DNA of 64,000 nucleotides, taken from positions 13,037 through 77,036 of the forward strand of contig CAKNRR010000003.1 in NCBI GenBank assembly GCA_930990975.1, read 5' to 3'. This stretch comes from an uncultured Clostridia bacterium (GTDB lineage: Bacteria; Bacillota; Clostridia; Christensenellales; UBA1242). Below are positions 19,401-29,171 of the stretch, piece after piece. Position numbers and translations under genes: made by a program. The notes beneath the pieces were generated by a model. That model had not been told where the DNA came from. It made no database searches and was given only the letters and a program-made list of their open reading frames with translations. Position 1 is the first letter of the stretch, and the number at the start of each line of letters is the position of its first letter.

Positions 19401-22400
19401 TATCAGAAACTTTAAATAACTTCTTTAACATCGGAACTGGCAATATTAAATATGTTTCAGACATCACAATTGCAACAAAAGGACAAAATGAAGGCGAAAT
19501 CTCAACAGGTATTTCAAGTTACAATGGTTATTACCTCTCTGTTGGAATTAACAATGTAACATATATCAAAGATGCACTTTCATCTCAATTTACTAGATAC
19601 CAAGACATCAACAGTTATCAACTTCAATTTATAAATGAAGATAATGAGGCTATTGAAGGTACTTACAAATTCTTATTAAGAGACAATGCAAATACAATCT
19701 CTTATGACAATGAAGAATTCAACTTTAAAAATCATCCTAGTGCTTATCTCACATTTAATGTAACGAGCGATGACTCTAAGCTTACTGTCTATAGAGGCGA
19801 AGCAGAAGGCGAAGGTATGCCTCCTTCACTTGAATGGGCAAGCCACAGCATTACAGGAAACCTATATTATTACACAGAAGATGGCGAAAGAATTTACACT
19901 CATAAACCTTCTTTAGAAGATAGTGATATAGAATTAACAGAAAGCACTATGACTTATAAATTTGCTTACTACACCCCTGTTAATGCAGATGAAAAATTGA
20001 CACTCTCATTTATTCCATTAACAGAAAATGGTTCTGTTCTTGGCTTGGTAATTTTAAAATACTACCCTTATATCAAAGATTATATAAAACTTGATGACGG
20101 AAATTATTATTACTTCTATGATATTTCTGATGAATATCAAGAAATTGAAGTTTATTCTTATTCTGCTGACAATAACTATGAAGCTGGGGAAACTTTGACT
20201 TTTGATATTGTTTTGGGTTCAAGTCAATATCCTAGTGCTGGAAGATATGTTATTGAAAGACAGTATCTTGATTCAGAAGACACAAAAGTTGATCAATACG
20301 ATTATTTCAAACGATATATAACATTTGATGTTGACGATTTTGGTTTAATTAGCGGACTTGAATCAGTAAACAACAAAGATGACGAAAATGGCAGCTCTTC
20401 TCTTGAAAGTATTGTTGGTGGCGATATTCTTCTTAGTATGTATAGTGGCGAAGGCAATTCAAGTATTCAAGTTTCATTCCCTAAATACAACGATTCTGGA
20501 TTGAACTCAGGCTCATTCTATACAAAGGATAGTTTCACTGATGAAAATGAAATTTTAAGTGTTTACTCAGTAGAAAGCAATAAACTCCCTATAAGTTTAT
20601 ATATTCCTCAATATAAATATACTATCAACACCGTTTATGATGAAGCTACAAATAGTTATAGTGTCGTATCAAATAACAATCTTTCTTATTATGGTAACAC
20701 AACAATAAAGCAAGAAGAAAGTGACGGTTTCTGGCACATCTATAGCGAAGGCATTGAAATCTCTGAGCCTGTTGCTACAATGGCTGAAGCTCTTGAAATC
20801 TTAAGTGAAACATCTATAGCTGACTATGAAATTTATGCAGAAGTTCAAGCAGATGTCACTGAAAACGGAAGAAATGTGACAAAACACTATGTAACCAATG
20901 GAAGCACAACAAACGGATATTTGAATCTTTATGAAGTATCAAGTTTGCATGGTGTTCCTGCCCCAGGTGCTACACCTGCTGAACCATTCTACTTGACTGG
21001 TAATTATGTTGTAACTCTATATCAAGCCTATGCTGGTGGAAGTCAAGGAAGTTTCTATAGTGTTTATAAATTTGGTTTTAAAATAACCTCATCAAAACCT
21101 GAATTTACAATCATTGATGCCAATGGGTATCAACTTGGAGGCACAGATGTTAACTCTGGAATTCAAATAGGTAACAACCCTAACGATCCATATACTTATT
21201 ACACAAATTCTGACACCCTTACTATTCAATGGGAAGTGCCTACAAGCGAATATCAAGCTAAAATTGACACTTCTAAAATAGTAATAAACTCTTATCCACA
21301 ACCTACTATACCTTCTGAAATTACACCTGATAATATAATCGTAAATGATGATAACACAATGCAATTTACTCTTGACTGCTCAAACATCATTATTGCCGAT
21401 GGTGGTTATGTTGAAATTACAATGCAATATGAAGGTTATAATAGTGCTTACTACGGTGCTCCAGTTACTAAACGAATTTACTTTGACAGGTCTGCTCCGC
21501 TTGGTAACTTACAAAAACTTATGACAAGCACAGAGCAAGCTACAAATATATTTACTAAGAATTATCAAGAACTTAACATGCGCAGCTATTACAACTATAA
21601 AAACGAAGCTCAAGAAAGTGTATCTATAGATGATATTCCAAACATGAGCTATTCTTACTCAGTAAATTCTGGATACTACAAATATTATAGTTATAATGTA
21701 ACAACCGATTTTGTCAATAAAACCTTGGTTGAAACATTGAATAATGCTTCAAACTTTGTTTATGATACTCAATATATTTATTATAACTATATTCCTGCAA
21801 TTGATTCTTACACTCAAACAGACAAGAATTCACTTTCTGGAAGTCACACTCCTCTTGAACCATCAGGCACTGATGATTTACAATGTGGATATTATGAAAT
21901 TATTGAAATGGATTATGCAGGAAACATGACAGTTTATGTCATTTATATCATAGATTCTATGATTGAAGATGACCAAAACTTAAATGATAATGCTCTTTCT
22001 TATACAAATACACTTCATCCTGAAGAAAACTTTGTAAAATCAAGTGATATTAAAGAAGGATTTAACATCTATTCTAATAGCGGATTTGAACTTAAGTCAT
22101 TAAGCTATCTTTCTGACCCTTGGAGCTTAATTTATATTAAACTTGCAGGACAATCTTCAATTAGATATATGACTTCACCTTGGCTTGAAGATGGTTACAT
22201 TTATAAAATAACTATAAGCTCAACAAGCGTAAACTTTGAACAAGTAACTTTATTATCATTGTTTGAAAATGTTGAGTCTTCAGCAAATAAACATACATTG
22301 ACATTCACTGATAGAATCAACGGACTTTCTTATAACACATACCTTTCAATCATGGATGCATCTATAACCACTCAAAAAGTTGAAGACCCTAACAAAACTT

Positions 22401-25069
22401 CTGCTATCTTAAACATTTCAATACCTACTCAAGCTCAACACGATAGCACTACAACAACATACATCTTCCCTACTAAAGTTTCTATCTATCAGTTTGACCC
22501 AAATAACATTGATGAACCTTGGGTGCTTCAAATGGTTGCAGCTCAAGAAGTTTATGGAACTTGGGTCGGCTCTCCTGAATCAGCATGGTCATTTATATCT
22601 TTCAATATCATTAATGGCGGAACAACTCTTCAAATTGTAATCAATCTTGGGGCTACTTCTGCACAAAAAGTAAAGTATGAGATTGAAGATAACTTTGGAA
22701 ATATGACAACTGTTATACAACTTGCAAACGAAGTGTCATACCAAGAAATCAGCGGTAATTCAAATGTTTATCAATTGTCCGAAGGTGATGGAAGCACAAC
22801 TTACTTATCTGATGATACAATAAGATTCTCTTACAACACATTATTATATAGTATTGAAATTTATGACAGGGATAGTCAAAATGTAACTGATTATTATATT
22901 CCTAATCAACAACCAAACAATATCAATGTTTACTCATTCTCACCTACCAATGAAAACATCTATGATGATTATTATAAAATTATCGTATATGACGCCGAAA
23001 ATGGTGAAGAAATCAAGACCTTGCATATAAGAATCTATTATCAATTACCATATCTTGCATACAACACAAGCGAAGTAAATAATGGAGGAATAGTTTTTGT
23101 TGATAAGAACTTGCAACCTCTTGAAAGACTTGATTTTGCTGAAGTTCCAAACACTACAGTAAACTTTAACGGAACACCTTACACAGCCACTGCTCAAGTT
23201 GCAACAACCTACTCTCAAACAATAAGAATCCGTTTTAGAGATGGTCAAACTCTTGATTATCAAGGTGCTTTTGCTCATCAAGATGGCTACTCTTACAGCG
23301 TTTACCTATCCTCTGATAATGGAACAACTTGGCAAAATATCAATAGTGATGATTCTTCAACAAGCGGATACACTATCTCTGGTACGGGTGAATACATCAT
23401 ATTGATTAAATATGACTCAACTGACATTTTCACAAATCTATGCAAAATCTTCAAAGTAAATATTCTTGATTCTTCTACATCTTATTACTATATCACAGTT
23501 GACGGACAACCTGTTGAACGCAGTGATATGAAATATTCTGATAGAAATGGAACAGAGTATGAAGTCAACTATATTGTAAGTGTTGATTATGAAGATAGAA
23601 GTAACAGAATAAATATCGTTTCAAACGAAGACCTCGGAGTTATAATAACTGGACCAACTGTTGAACAAACAGGAACAAATGTATTTGTTGAAATTTATCA
23701 CTATGAATGCTCTGAATCAAGGGGAGATTTCACAATTATCTATATTGCAGAAACTGACAACATAGTTTCAGAATTCACTTATGAAACAACTTCTGGTACA
23801 ACAAATTCTATAAAAGCTCAATCCTCTGTTGTTATTGTTGCAAATAAAGAAACTGAAAGCTCTTTTGACAAGCTTAAACTTAACTTTACATCTTATTATG
23901 GAATTGAACAAAATAAGATTAATATTGAAGTGCTTAAACTATTCAATGGGCAATATAGCAAGATAAATCCAACTGTATATAAAAATGGAAATATGTCTTA
24001 TATCTATCTTGAAAGATCTGGCTCATACAGAGTTAAGTTATATGACTCTTGTACCCCTGCCAATGTTCAATCATTTAGAAACAACGACTATATTGATATT
24101 GTATTCTTAAATTCAGTTCCTTTTGAAATCACTTATATTGACACAATAACTGGTGAAGAAGTAAAATCAGAGAAAATTAATAACGCTGTTTATAATGGCG
24201 ATGTTATCCTATCTCTTTACAACTTGTCATCATATTATCAAGCTTCTGGCTACCCTACTATTTCAGTAAAATTAAATGGCAGAAATTACACAGGCTTCAC
24301 AGGCAGAAATTATCAATACACATTCTCTCAACCTGGATACTACTCAGTAATATTCAGCGCTACAAGTTCAACTGGTATTCCTATCAGAGAAGAAGAATTC
24401 AATTTCACTATTGTAAATGAAAATGAATCAAGATACGCATACGAGTTTGTACAATATAAGAATTATTATATTGAAAGCGTAATAAAGGATGGAATTGACA
24501 TAACACAAGACTTGATTGAAATTGGTAACTTCTCTACTATAAGAATTAATGGCACAACATACCTCTCTGAGCTTTTAATTAACTATCTTGATGAAAAAAC
24601 TGGAAGAGGCAAATATCAAATCACAATAAATACTTATGACAGCACTTATACAGAAAATGGTGTAAACTCATTTACATTTGAATTCTGGCTCAATATGCAA
24701 ACCCCTCCTCTATCAATATCTTTGGCAGAGGGCGACAAAACCACTAAGACTATCACAATAACATTCAATGTTGAAAACTTCTATAATGCAATGGGAGATT
24801 GTTATATTAAAATTGGTTCTACATATTTCTACTTTACTGCTGACGAACTTGAAAACTTAGGGACAAATTATACTATAACAATTGAAGAAACAGGAACATT
24901 CTTTATTCAAGTTTATACTATGAGTAATAACTTGCTCTATTCTTATAAGGTAATAAAGACTGAGCCTTTAAATACATTTGCAATTATAGCAATTGTTCTT
25001 GGTGTTATTGCTGTAGGTGCTATTATTGGTATAACTATTGCTTTAAGAAAGCGTCAAAAAGTTAAGTAA
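16493..25069 (+). CDS. giant surface protein (2858 aa): N-terminal signal/anchor, multiple divergent Ig-like modules, C-terminal TM anchor
   Basis: SD GAGGTGGA before the ATG at 16493. The track start at 16355 translates the A/T-only promoter region. At least 10 recurrences of the module end motif G-x-Y-x-hydrophobic-x-hydrophobic-x-D/Y-x-AGN (for example GFYILEIYDQAGNSSFALYMIDSSSP and CGYYEIIEMDYAGNMTVYVIYIID). C-terminus FAIIAIVLGVIAVGAIIGITIALRKRQKVK. Confidence 0.85.
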   Translation: MSKAKKLFNSLVLSFILVGMLCAGFFLPKNGSIKSQLETFAAGPTYGQIANDLPEYFSSLPNEKVSGYVGKEIFLMQGGSAESASQINATIAANPEHFVSNNNPKPEDPENQKNYAYMPNVNNKDEYYYFNFQNNLSLYYNLTNEQIASGQVGENLMQGQGISNYASSNGDYAFVPDSLNITPQKLDIVFKLDTLKSDEDMFENNIVYLNKEGCYTLTVTVNYYYTNNGGVTYTPGSETFNYTFMVFNSNTYFNNSTGLPNISPSSNIQDTSLTSSDTFSRYYFYNYSYAGDNVSPINSLPYFTYNPNLYQITVTFTDLNQTTHESTIVYRDGTFSQLDETGAAISEEDFFLYTTLDGENARITLLDLGYYDMSFQYLYKSTLDGVETIYELPFESSLQGNTTLQNKDQRIFVYGYQAVYSDYSKINEITNQPESVELKTFDLENSIYVKSADITSAFNKYIKDNKDNDIGGKNAPAGSSDGNPAITIDMKSPSYSVNYNLDSLKNWAVDYINGVKLEDGTEINGTLVEPVSTNQTPIKFLTNATLQTGQSESNPTGFSKVYKVSKTDHGYVLDNGTIFDGFNQNEPGTYLYIVQYTYDNYLSETGTLQSSYYHYQVFFFNITNSTPSVTVLDENFNEVYTSGFTNKNVYIINDSQSNEFDADVKITLTARNYATGQYFFQDRDIMGGLEEYGITYRRFEEAEDTEENKLYNEKVAGKYGILIENTNSIANAFFTIKITSANSDKPSTRTFTIDTNEISGINARNVSFSSNTTYRILENIPSYNSNQPLIFSWNEKASGATTYGYVKFIPMTGINYYSSQTNSATLSSLLGHWIENYSTLPVSYKVDLSVNNPWTEYKNSLNFTSTVDATYVKSSDGFYILEIYDQAGNSSFALYMIDSSSPVFVLHTISSEETRKLINNSESISVPENNTQMWIEWANNKAIYLDKYDSYSNLTPYEYGIDVENAQEKLSETLNNFFNIGTGNIKYVSDITIATKGQNEGEISTGISSYNGYYLSVGINNVTYIKDALSSQFTRYQDINSYQLQFINEDNEAIEGTYKFLLRDNANTISYDNEEFNFKNHPSAYLTFNVTSDDSKLTVYRGEAEGEGMPPSLEWASHSITGNLYYYTEDGERIYTHKPSLEDSDIELTESTMTYKFAYYTPVNADEKLTLSFIPLTENGSVLGLVILKYYPYIKDYIKLDDGNYYYFYDISDEYQEIEVYSYSADNNYEAGETLTFDIVLGSSQYPSAGRYVIERQYLDSEDTKVDQYDYFKRYITFDVDDFGLISGLESVNNKDDENGSSSLESIVGGDILLSMYSGEGNSSIQVSFPKYNDSGLNSGSFYTKDSFTDENEILSVYSVESNKLPISLYIPQYKYTINTVYDEATNSYSVVSNNNLSYYGNTTIKQEESDGFWHIYSEGIEISEPVATMAEALEILSETSIADYEIYAEVQADVTENGRNVTKHYVTNGSTTNGYLNLYEVSSLHGVPAPGATPAEPFYLTGNYVVTLYQAYAGGSQGSFYSVYKFGFKITSSKPEFTIIDANGYQLGGTDVNSGIQIGNNPNDPYTYYTNSDTLTIQWEVPTSEYQAKIDTSKIVINSYPQPTIPSEITPDNIIVNDDNTMQFTLDCSNIIIADGGYVEITMQYEGYNSAYYGAPVTKRIYFDRSAPLGNLQKLMTSTEQATNIFTKNYQELNMRSYYNYKNEAQESVSIDDIPNMSYSYSVNSGYYKYYSYNVTTDFVNKTLVETLNNASNFVYDTQYIYYNYIPAIDSYTQTDKNSLSGSHTPLEPSGTDDLQCGYYEIIEMDYAGNMTVYVIYIIDSMIEDDQNLNDNALSYTNTLHPEENFVKSSDIKEGFNIYSNSGFELKSLSYLSDPWSLIYIKLAGQSSIRYMTSPWLEDGYIYKITISSTSVNFEQVTLLSLFENVESSANKHTLTFTDRINGLSYNTYLSIMDASITTQKVEDPNKTSAILNISIPTQAQHDSTTTTYIFPTKVSIYQFDPNNIDEPWVLQMVAAQEVYGTWVGSPESAWSFISFNIINGGTTLQIVINLGATSAQKVKYEIEDNFGNMTTVIQLANEVSYQEISGNSNVYQLSEGDGSTTYLSDDTIRFSYNTLLYSIEIYDRDSQNVTDYYIPNQQPNNINVYSFSPTNENIYDDYYKIIVYDAENGEEIKTLHIRIYYQLPYLAYNTSEVNNGGIVFVDKNLQPLERLDFAEVPNTTVNFNGTPYTATAQVATTYSQTIRIRFRDGQTLDYQGAFAHQDGYSYSVYLSSDNGTTWQNINSDDSSTSGYTISGTGEYIILIKYDSTDIFTNLCKIFKVNILDSSTSYYYITVDGQPVERSDMKYSDRNGTEYEVNYIVSVDYEDRSNRINIVSNEDLGVIITGPTVEQTGTNVFVEIYHYECSESRGDFTIIYIAETDNIVSEFTYETTSGTTNSIKAQSSVVIVANKETESSFDKLKLNFTSYYGIEQNKINIEVLKLFNGQYSKINPTVYKNGNMSYIYLERSGSYRVKLYDSCTPANVQSFRNNDYIDIVFLNSVPFEITYIDTITGEEVKSEKINNAVYNGDVILSLYNLSSYYQASGYPTISVKLNGRNYTGFTGRNYQYTFSQPGYYSVIFSATSSTGIPIREEEFNFTIVNENESRYAYEFVQYKNYYIESVIKDGIDITQDLIEIGNFSTIRINGTTYLSELLINYLDEKTGRGKYQITINTYDSTYTENGVNSFTFEFWLNMQTPPLSISLAEGDKTTKTITITFNVENFYNAMGDCYIKIGSTYFYFTADELENLGTNYTITIEETGTFFIQVYTMSNNLLYSYKVIKTEPLNTFAIIAIVLGVIAVGAIIGITIALRKRQKVK

Positions 25070-25119
25070 TCATCAAAAACATTTCTTCTAAAGTTCTAAA
25101 ATTTTGAACTGGCTGTAGA

Positions 25120-25158
25120 AAAAAAAGATGCTCATCTAAATAGATAAGCATCTTTTTT
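25120..25158 (+). terminator. intrinsic terminator of the giant gene
   Basis: AGATGCT.ATCT / AGAT.AGCATCT hairpin followed by TTTTTT. Confidence 0.65.
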
Positions 25159-25337
25159 AATTTATTTCAAAAATACAAATACAATTATGGTTAATATATG
25201 CTATAATAAACATATAAGAAAAAATTTAATGTTTGTGTTGTTAAGAAGCACATAAAGTAATCTAATAAACAAAATTTATAAGTTTTTGTTTTCTGCTCAC
25301 AAAATTTAAAATTTCAAAGATATAAAAGGGAAAAAAC

Positions 25338-25880
25338 ATGGAATTTGAATTAATAAGTAAAGAAAATTTAGATATTGCTATTAAAATTCAAAATGAAATA
25401 TTCCCGCTAGAGAATGGTAGCGAAGACTATAAAGAATCGATTAGTGGAGAGTTATCTTGCCATCGATTTTTGCTAAAATATTGGCTTGCAAAGGTTGATA
25501 ACAAATATGTTGGTATTTGTGGCTTGTATGCTTATAAATTTGCTCCAAAAGACGCATGGCTTGGTTGGTTTGGTGTCTTAGAAAACGAAAGAAGAAAAGG
25601 TTATGCAACTGAAATTTTAAATTTTTCAATGCAGTTAGCAAAAAAACTTGGCTTTGAAACTTTAAGATTATACACAGACGAAATAGACAATGCCAATGCT
25701 GTAAAACTTTACAAAAAATTTGGCATGACTTGTGAAATATATGACAATCCAAAAGATGTACATTATGAAATAGGTAAAACTTTAATCTTTTCAAAAAGTT
25801 TATCAACCAAACCAATAACTTTATGGAATAACAAAAATTTATATTTGAATGACCATGACAAAAAGAATAATATAATTTAA
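25338..25880 (+). CDS. GNAT-family N-acetyltransferase
   Basis: Acetyl-CoA motif A region VLENERRKGYATEILNFSMQLAKKLGF ... NANAVKLYKKFGM. Confidence 0.85.
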   Translation: MEFELISKENLDIAIKIQNEIFPLENGSEDYKESISGELSCHRFLLKYWLAKVDNKYVGICGLYAYKFAPKDAWLGWFGVLENERRKGYATEILNFSMQLAKKLGFETLRLYTDEIDNANAVKLYKKFGMTCEIYDNPKDVHYEIGKTLIFSKSLSTKPITLWNNKNLYLNDHDKKNNII

Positions 25881-26432
25881 TTAAGATTTGACTGAAAATT
25901 TGTCTTAATAAATTAAAAGTATATTTCTTCGTCTTTAAAAAATAAACAAATACTGCTCACAATAAATTAAATAAACAAAATACTAAAGGTTGCAGGCTGT
26001 CAGTTAATTTACTTTATAAATAAAACAGAAGAACGAAATTTAAACTAAAATATTTTATTTTTCGTTTTTCTGTTTTTTATTTTTTTCTTAGTAAATCACC
26101 TGTTGAAGTATAAATATAAACAAAAAATTATGTTTCTTTATTTCAACCTTAAATAATTTTACAACTTTAAACAAGCAATTAAAGATGGCTTCTATTGTCA
26201 TATTTGAAATTAAATTAATTACATTGTTAAATAACCTCAAATGTAAAAATATTTAAATATTCAAAGTCTCATTTCGTCAAATTTTGGGTTCATTATCTCT
26301 AATGGTCAAGCTAAAAAAATTGCCTTATCAGTCTTTATATATTCCTTATTTTCATAATAAAATACTTTCATTTGTTCCTCTATATTTTTTAGTAAGTTTT
26401 TCAACAGTTGTAAAATATTCATCAATATTAAG

Positions 26433-27026
26433 TTAATCTTGTTTAGATTTTTCTATTTGAAGAATTTTATCATAAATATCATACCAACTGTAAACTCGTG
26501 TTACATTAGGATAATTTATATCTTGATTATATCTGCAATCAAAACAAAATACATCAACATAATCTTTAAAAACCGGTATTGTTTGGGGGCTATCTTCAAT
26601 CATTATATCAAGCTTGAGTTCTTGAATTTGAACAACTTTATTTTGGGAAAAATAAAGTCCATCATAAGGTATTTTGAATTTTTTAAGCCATTTCTTTACT
26701 GTCCGCCTCATTTTTTCGCCCTCTTCAGACTGGTAATATGAGGTATATCTTGATGTTATTATATAAATTTTATGTCCTTCTTCTTTCAATTTGTTTAAGA
26801 CTTCACTACAATGATGTCTTGGTCTTTCTTTTTTGCAATAAGTCCAAAAATATTTGTTTATATAATCATTGAATATTATATTTGACCAATCATACTTTCT
26901 TGTATCAAAAGCATTCGGATATTTAAGTCTGCCAGCATTATTTTCAATGCAATATTTTGTAGCATAAGCCAAAATAAAATCATCATCATTTGTTAATACA
27001 CCGTCAATATCAACTCCAATATTCAT
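26433..27026 (-). CDS. HAD-superfamily 5'(3')-deoxyribonucleotidase-like protein
   Basis: Start at ATG 27026 (SD AGGAGA). MNIGVDIDGVLT (DxDxT/V motif I), IITSR, IMIEDSP. Confidence 0.7.
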   Translation of the reverse strand: MNIGVDIDGVLTNDDDFILAYATKYCIENNAGRLKYPNAFDTRKYDWSNIIFNDYINKYFWTYCKKERPRHHCSEVLNKLKEEGHKIYIITSRYTSYYQSEEGEKMRRTVKKWLKKFKIPYDGLYFSQNKVVQIQELKLDIMIEDSPQTIPVFKDYVDVFCFDCRYNQDINYPNVTRVYSWYDIYDKILQIEKSKQD

Positions 27027-27175
27027 CTTATCTCCTGTAAAAATAGTATCTATGATAAATATTATAACATACAAATATTGTCTTAATCAATAAAATTTAA
27101 TTTTTTTTCCCTTATATAAATAATACAAATAAAAAAGCTATGGACAAAATCCATAGCTCTCTTTACATATGTTTA

Positions 27176-27856
27176 TTACATAACAACATTGATTTTAATT
27201 CCAGGTCCCATTGTTGAAGCAATAGTAATATTTCTAAAATATTGTCCTTTTGCTGCAGCTGGTTTAGCCTTAATCAAGGCTTCAATAACTGTATTGAAGT
27301 TGTCAATCAATTTTTCTTTTCCAAAGCTAACCTTTCCAATGATTACATGTACATTGTTTGTTTTATCAAGTCTATATTCAACTTTACCAGCTTTAGCATC
27401 GTTGATAGCCTTTGTAACATCCATTGTAACAGTTCCACTCTTAGGGTTTGGCATTAAGCCTTTAGGTCCAAGAATTCTAGCAACACGACCTACAACACCC
27501 ATCATGTCTGGAGTTGTGATACATACATCAAAATCAAGCCATCCGCCTTGAATTTTGCTTACGATTTCTTCTCCGCCAACATAATCAGCTCCTGCCTTTG
27601 TTGCATCATCAGCTTTATCGCCTTTAGCAATAACTAAAACCTTTAATTCTTTTCCTGTTCCGTGAGGTAATATACATACACCTCTAACTTGTTGGTCTGC
27701 ATTCTTTCCATCAACACCGAGTTTTACATGGAGTTCTACAGTTTCATCAAATTTTGCTTTTGGAAGTGACAACAATGTATCAAGTCCACTTGCTATATCA
27801 TATGATTTTTGTGTAACAGCTTGGGAAGCTTGTGTATATCTCTTACTTGCTTTCAT
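27176..27856 (-). CDS. rplA: 50S ribosomal protein L1
   Basis: Typical L1 sequence: [41 protein letters not shown]. Confidence 0.97.
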   Translation of the reverse strand: MKASKRYTQASQAVTQKSYDIASGLDTLLSLPKAKFDETVELHVKLGVDGKNADQQVRGVCILPHGTGKELKVLVIAKGDKADDATKAGADYVGGEEIVSKIQGGWLDFDVCITTPDMMGVVGRVARILGPKGLMPNPKSGTVTMDVTKAINDAKAGKVEYRLDKTNNVHVIIGKVSFGKEKLIDNFNTVIEALIKAKPAAAKGQYFRNITIASTMGPGIKINVVM

Positions 27857-27867
27857 ATTTTCCTCCC

Positions 27868-28296
27868 TTAGTCTACTACTGTAACGCCCATTGAGCGTGC
27901 AGCACCTTCAATCATAGACATAGCTGATTCGATTGATGTACAGTTAAGGTCTGGCATCTTTGTTTCAGCAATTTGTTTGATTTGTGCTTTTGTAATACTT
28001 CCGACTTTTGTTTTGTTTGGTACTGCTGACCCTTTTTCAAGTCCAATAGCCTTCATAATTAGAATAGCTGCTGGAGGAGTCTTGAGTACGAATGAAAAGC
28101 TTCTATCTGCATAGATAGTAACTACTACAGGAATCTTAAGTCCTGCTTGAGAAGCTGTCTTCTCATTAAATTCTTTTGTAAAGGCACCAAGGTTGATTCC
28201 ATGAGGTCCTAAAGATGAACCTACTGGAGGTCCTGGAGTGGCTTTACCTGCATCGAGTTGTAATTTAACAACTGCAGCAATTTTCTTTTCTGCCAT
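27868..28296 (-). CDS. rplK: 50S ribosomal protein L11
   Basis: Start at ATG 28296 (SD AAGGAGGA). [31 protein letters not shown]. Confidence 0.97.
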   Translation of the reverse strand: MAEKKIAAVVKLQLDAGKATPGPPVGSSLGPHGINLGAFTKEFNEKTASQAGLKIPVVVTIYADRSFSFVLKTPPAAILIMKAIGLEKGSAVPNKTKVGSITKAQIKQIAETKMPDLNCTSIESAMSMIEGAARSMGVTVVD

Positions 28297-28375
28297 TTTG
28301 TCCTCCTTATAAGTGGTTTTTATTGGGCGGTTGCAGTTCCGCCCTCCCACAACTTATCGCAGTTTTATGTCATGC
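28297..28375 (-). promoter_or_regulatory. structured rplK-rplA leader (possible L1-responsive translational operator)
   Basis: Minus strand: TGTCCT...GTGG-GA-GGGCGG-AACTGCAA-CCGCCC-AATAAAAA-CCAC...AAGGAGGACA. There is a perfect GGGCGG/CCGCCC stem, and the leader 5' TGTCCT is complementary to AGGACA at the SD. Confidence 0.3.
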
Positions 28376-28475
28376 AGGACAATATATTAAACATTTTCAT
28401 GTTTATATATCAATCATTTAAATTTTTTAAGCTTCTTTTATTTAAAATAATTTTAAAAGCTGTTTAATTTGACAA

Positions 28476-29162
28476 TTAGTCATTTATTCTTCTTATTTGA
28501 GACATTTCAACTTCAACTGTTGTTTCTCTGCCGAACATTTCAACAACAACAGATACAACATTTGTTTCAGTATTCAAAGCCGTAACTGTTCCAACCATTC
28601 CATTTAATGGACCATCAACAATTTCAACTTTATCGCCTTCTTTAAGGTCTACATCAACTTTTATCTTTTCAAGTCTCATTCTCATGATGTCCTTATCTGT
28701 TAACGCAAGAGGACGACCGTTTGGCCCACAGAAACCTGTGATTCCTCTTGTTCTTGTAACATTATGCCAGAGGTCATCTGCATATTTCATTTTTACAAGT
28801 ATATAACAAGGCATAGATTTGCGTTGAACTAAGACTTTTTTCCCTCGTTTTTCTTCAACAACATCTTCCATAGGGATTACTATATCAAAAATTCTATCTT
28901 GAAGATTAAATTTCTCTATAACAGTTTCCAAATTTTCTTTTGCAACATTTTCATATCCTGCAAAAGTGTGCAAAGCATACCACTTTGTTGGCAAACTGTC
29001 AACAAACTCTTTGTATCCTTTTTCATCATCATACTCTTCATTTATTTGAGCCAATGAATCTTGATTTGTCGCATCATCATTTGCTTTCTGTGTGTTTTCT
29101 TCAACTTTTTCTTCAACATTCTCTTGATTTTGATTTAAAGTGATATCTTTTTCTTCCATCAT
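28476..29162 (-). CDS. nusG: transcription termination/antitermination factor NusG with an acidic N-terminal extension
   Basis: KWYALHTFAGYENVAKENLE (NGN domain), KOW motif GDKVEIVDGPLNGMVGTV. About 55 extra N-terminal residues rich in E/N/Q/D. Confidence 0.95.
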   Translation of the reverse strand: MMEEKDITLNQNQENVEEKVEENTQKANDDATNQDSLAQINEEYDDEKGYKEFVDSLPTKWYALHTFAGYENVAKENLETVIEKFNLQDRIFDIVIPMEDVVEEKRGKKVLVQRKSMPCYILVKMKYADDLWHNVTRTRGITGFCGPNGRPLALTDKDIMRMRLEKIKVDVDLKEGDKVEIVDGPLNGMVGTVTALNTETNVVSVVVEMFGRETTVEVEMSQIRRIND

Positions 29163-29171
29163 AAGCCCTTA

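Noticed and set aside
26080-26432. Short minus-strand ORFs downstream of the nucleotidase gene (39 codons, MNILQLLKNLLKNIEEQMKVFYYENKEY..., then 9 codons), considered as a gene remnant.
   Set aside because: There is no SD, the frames are interrupted, and I recognise no similarity. This is insufficient evidence for a pseudogene call.
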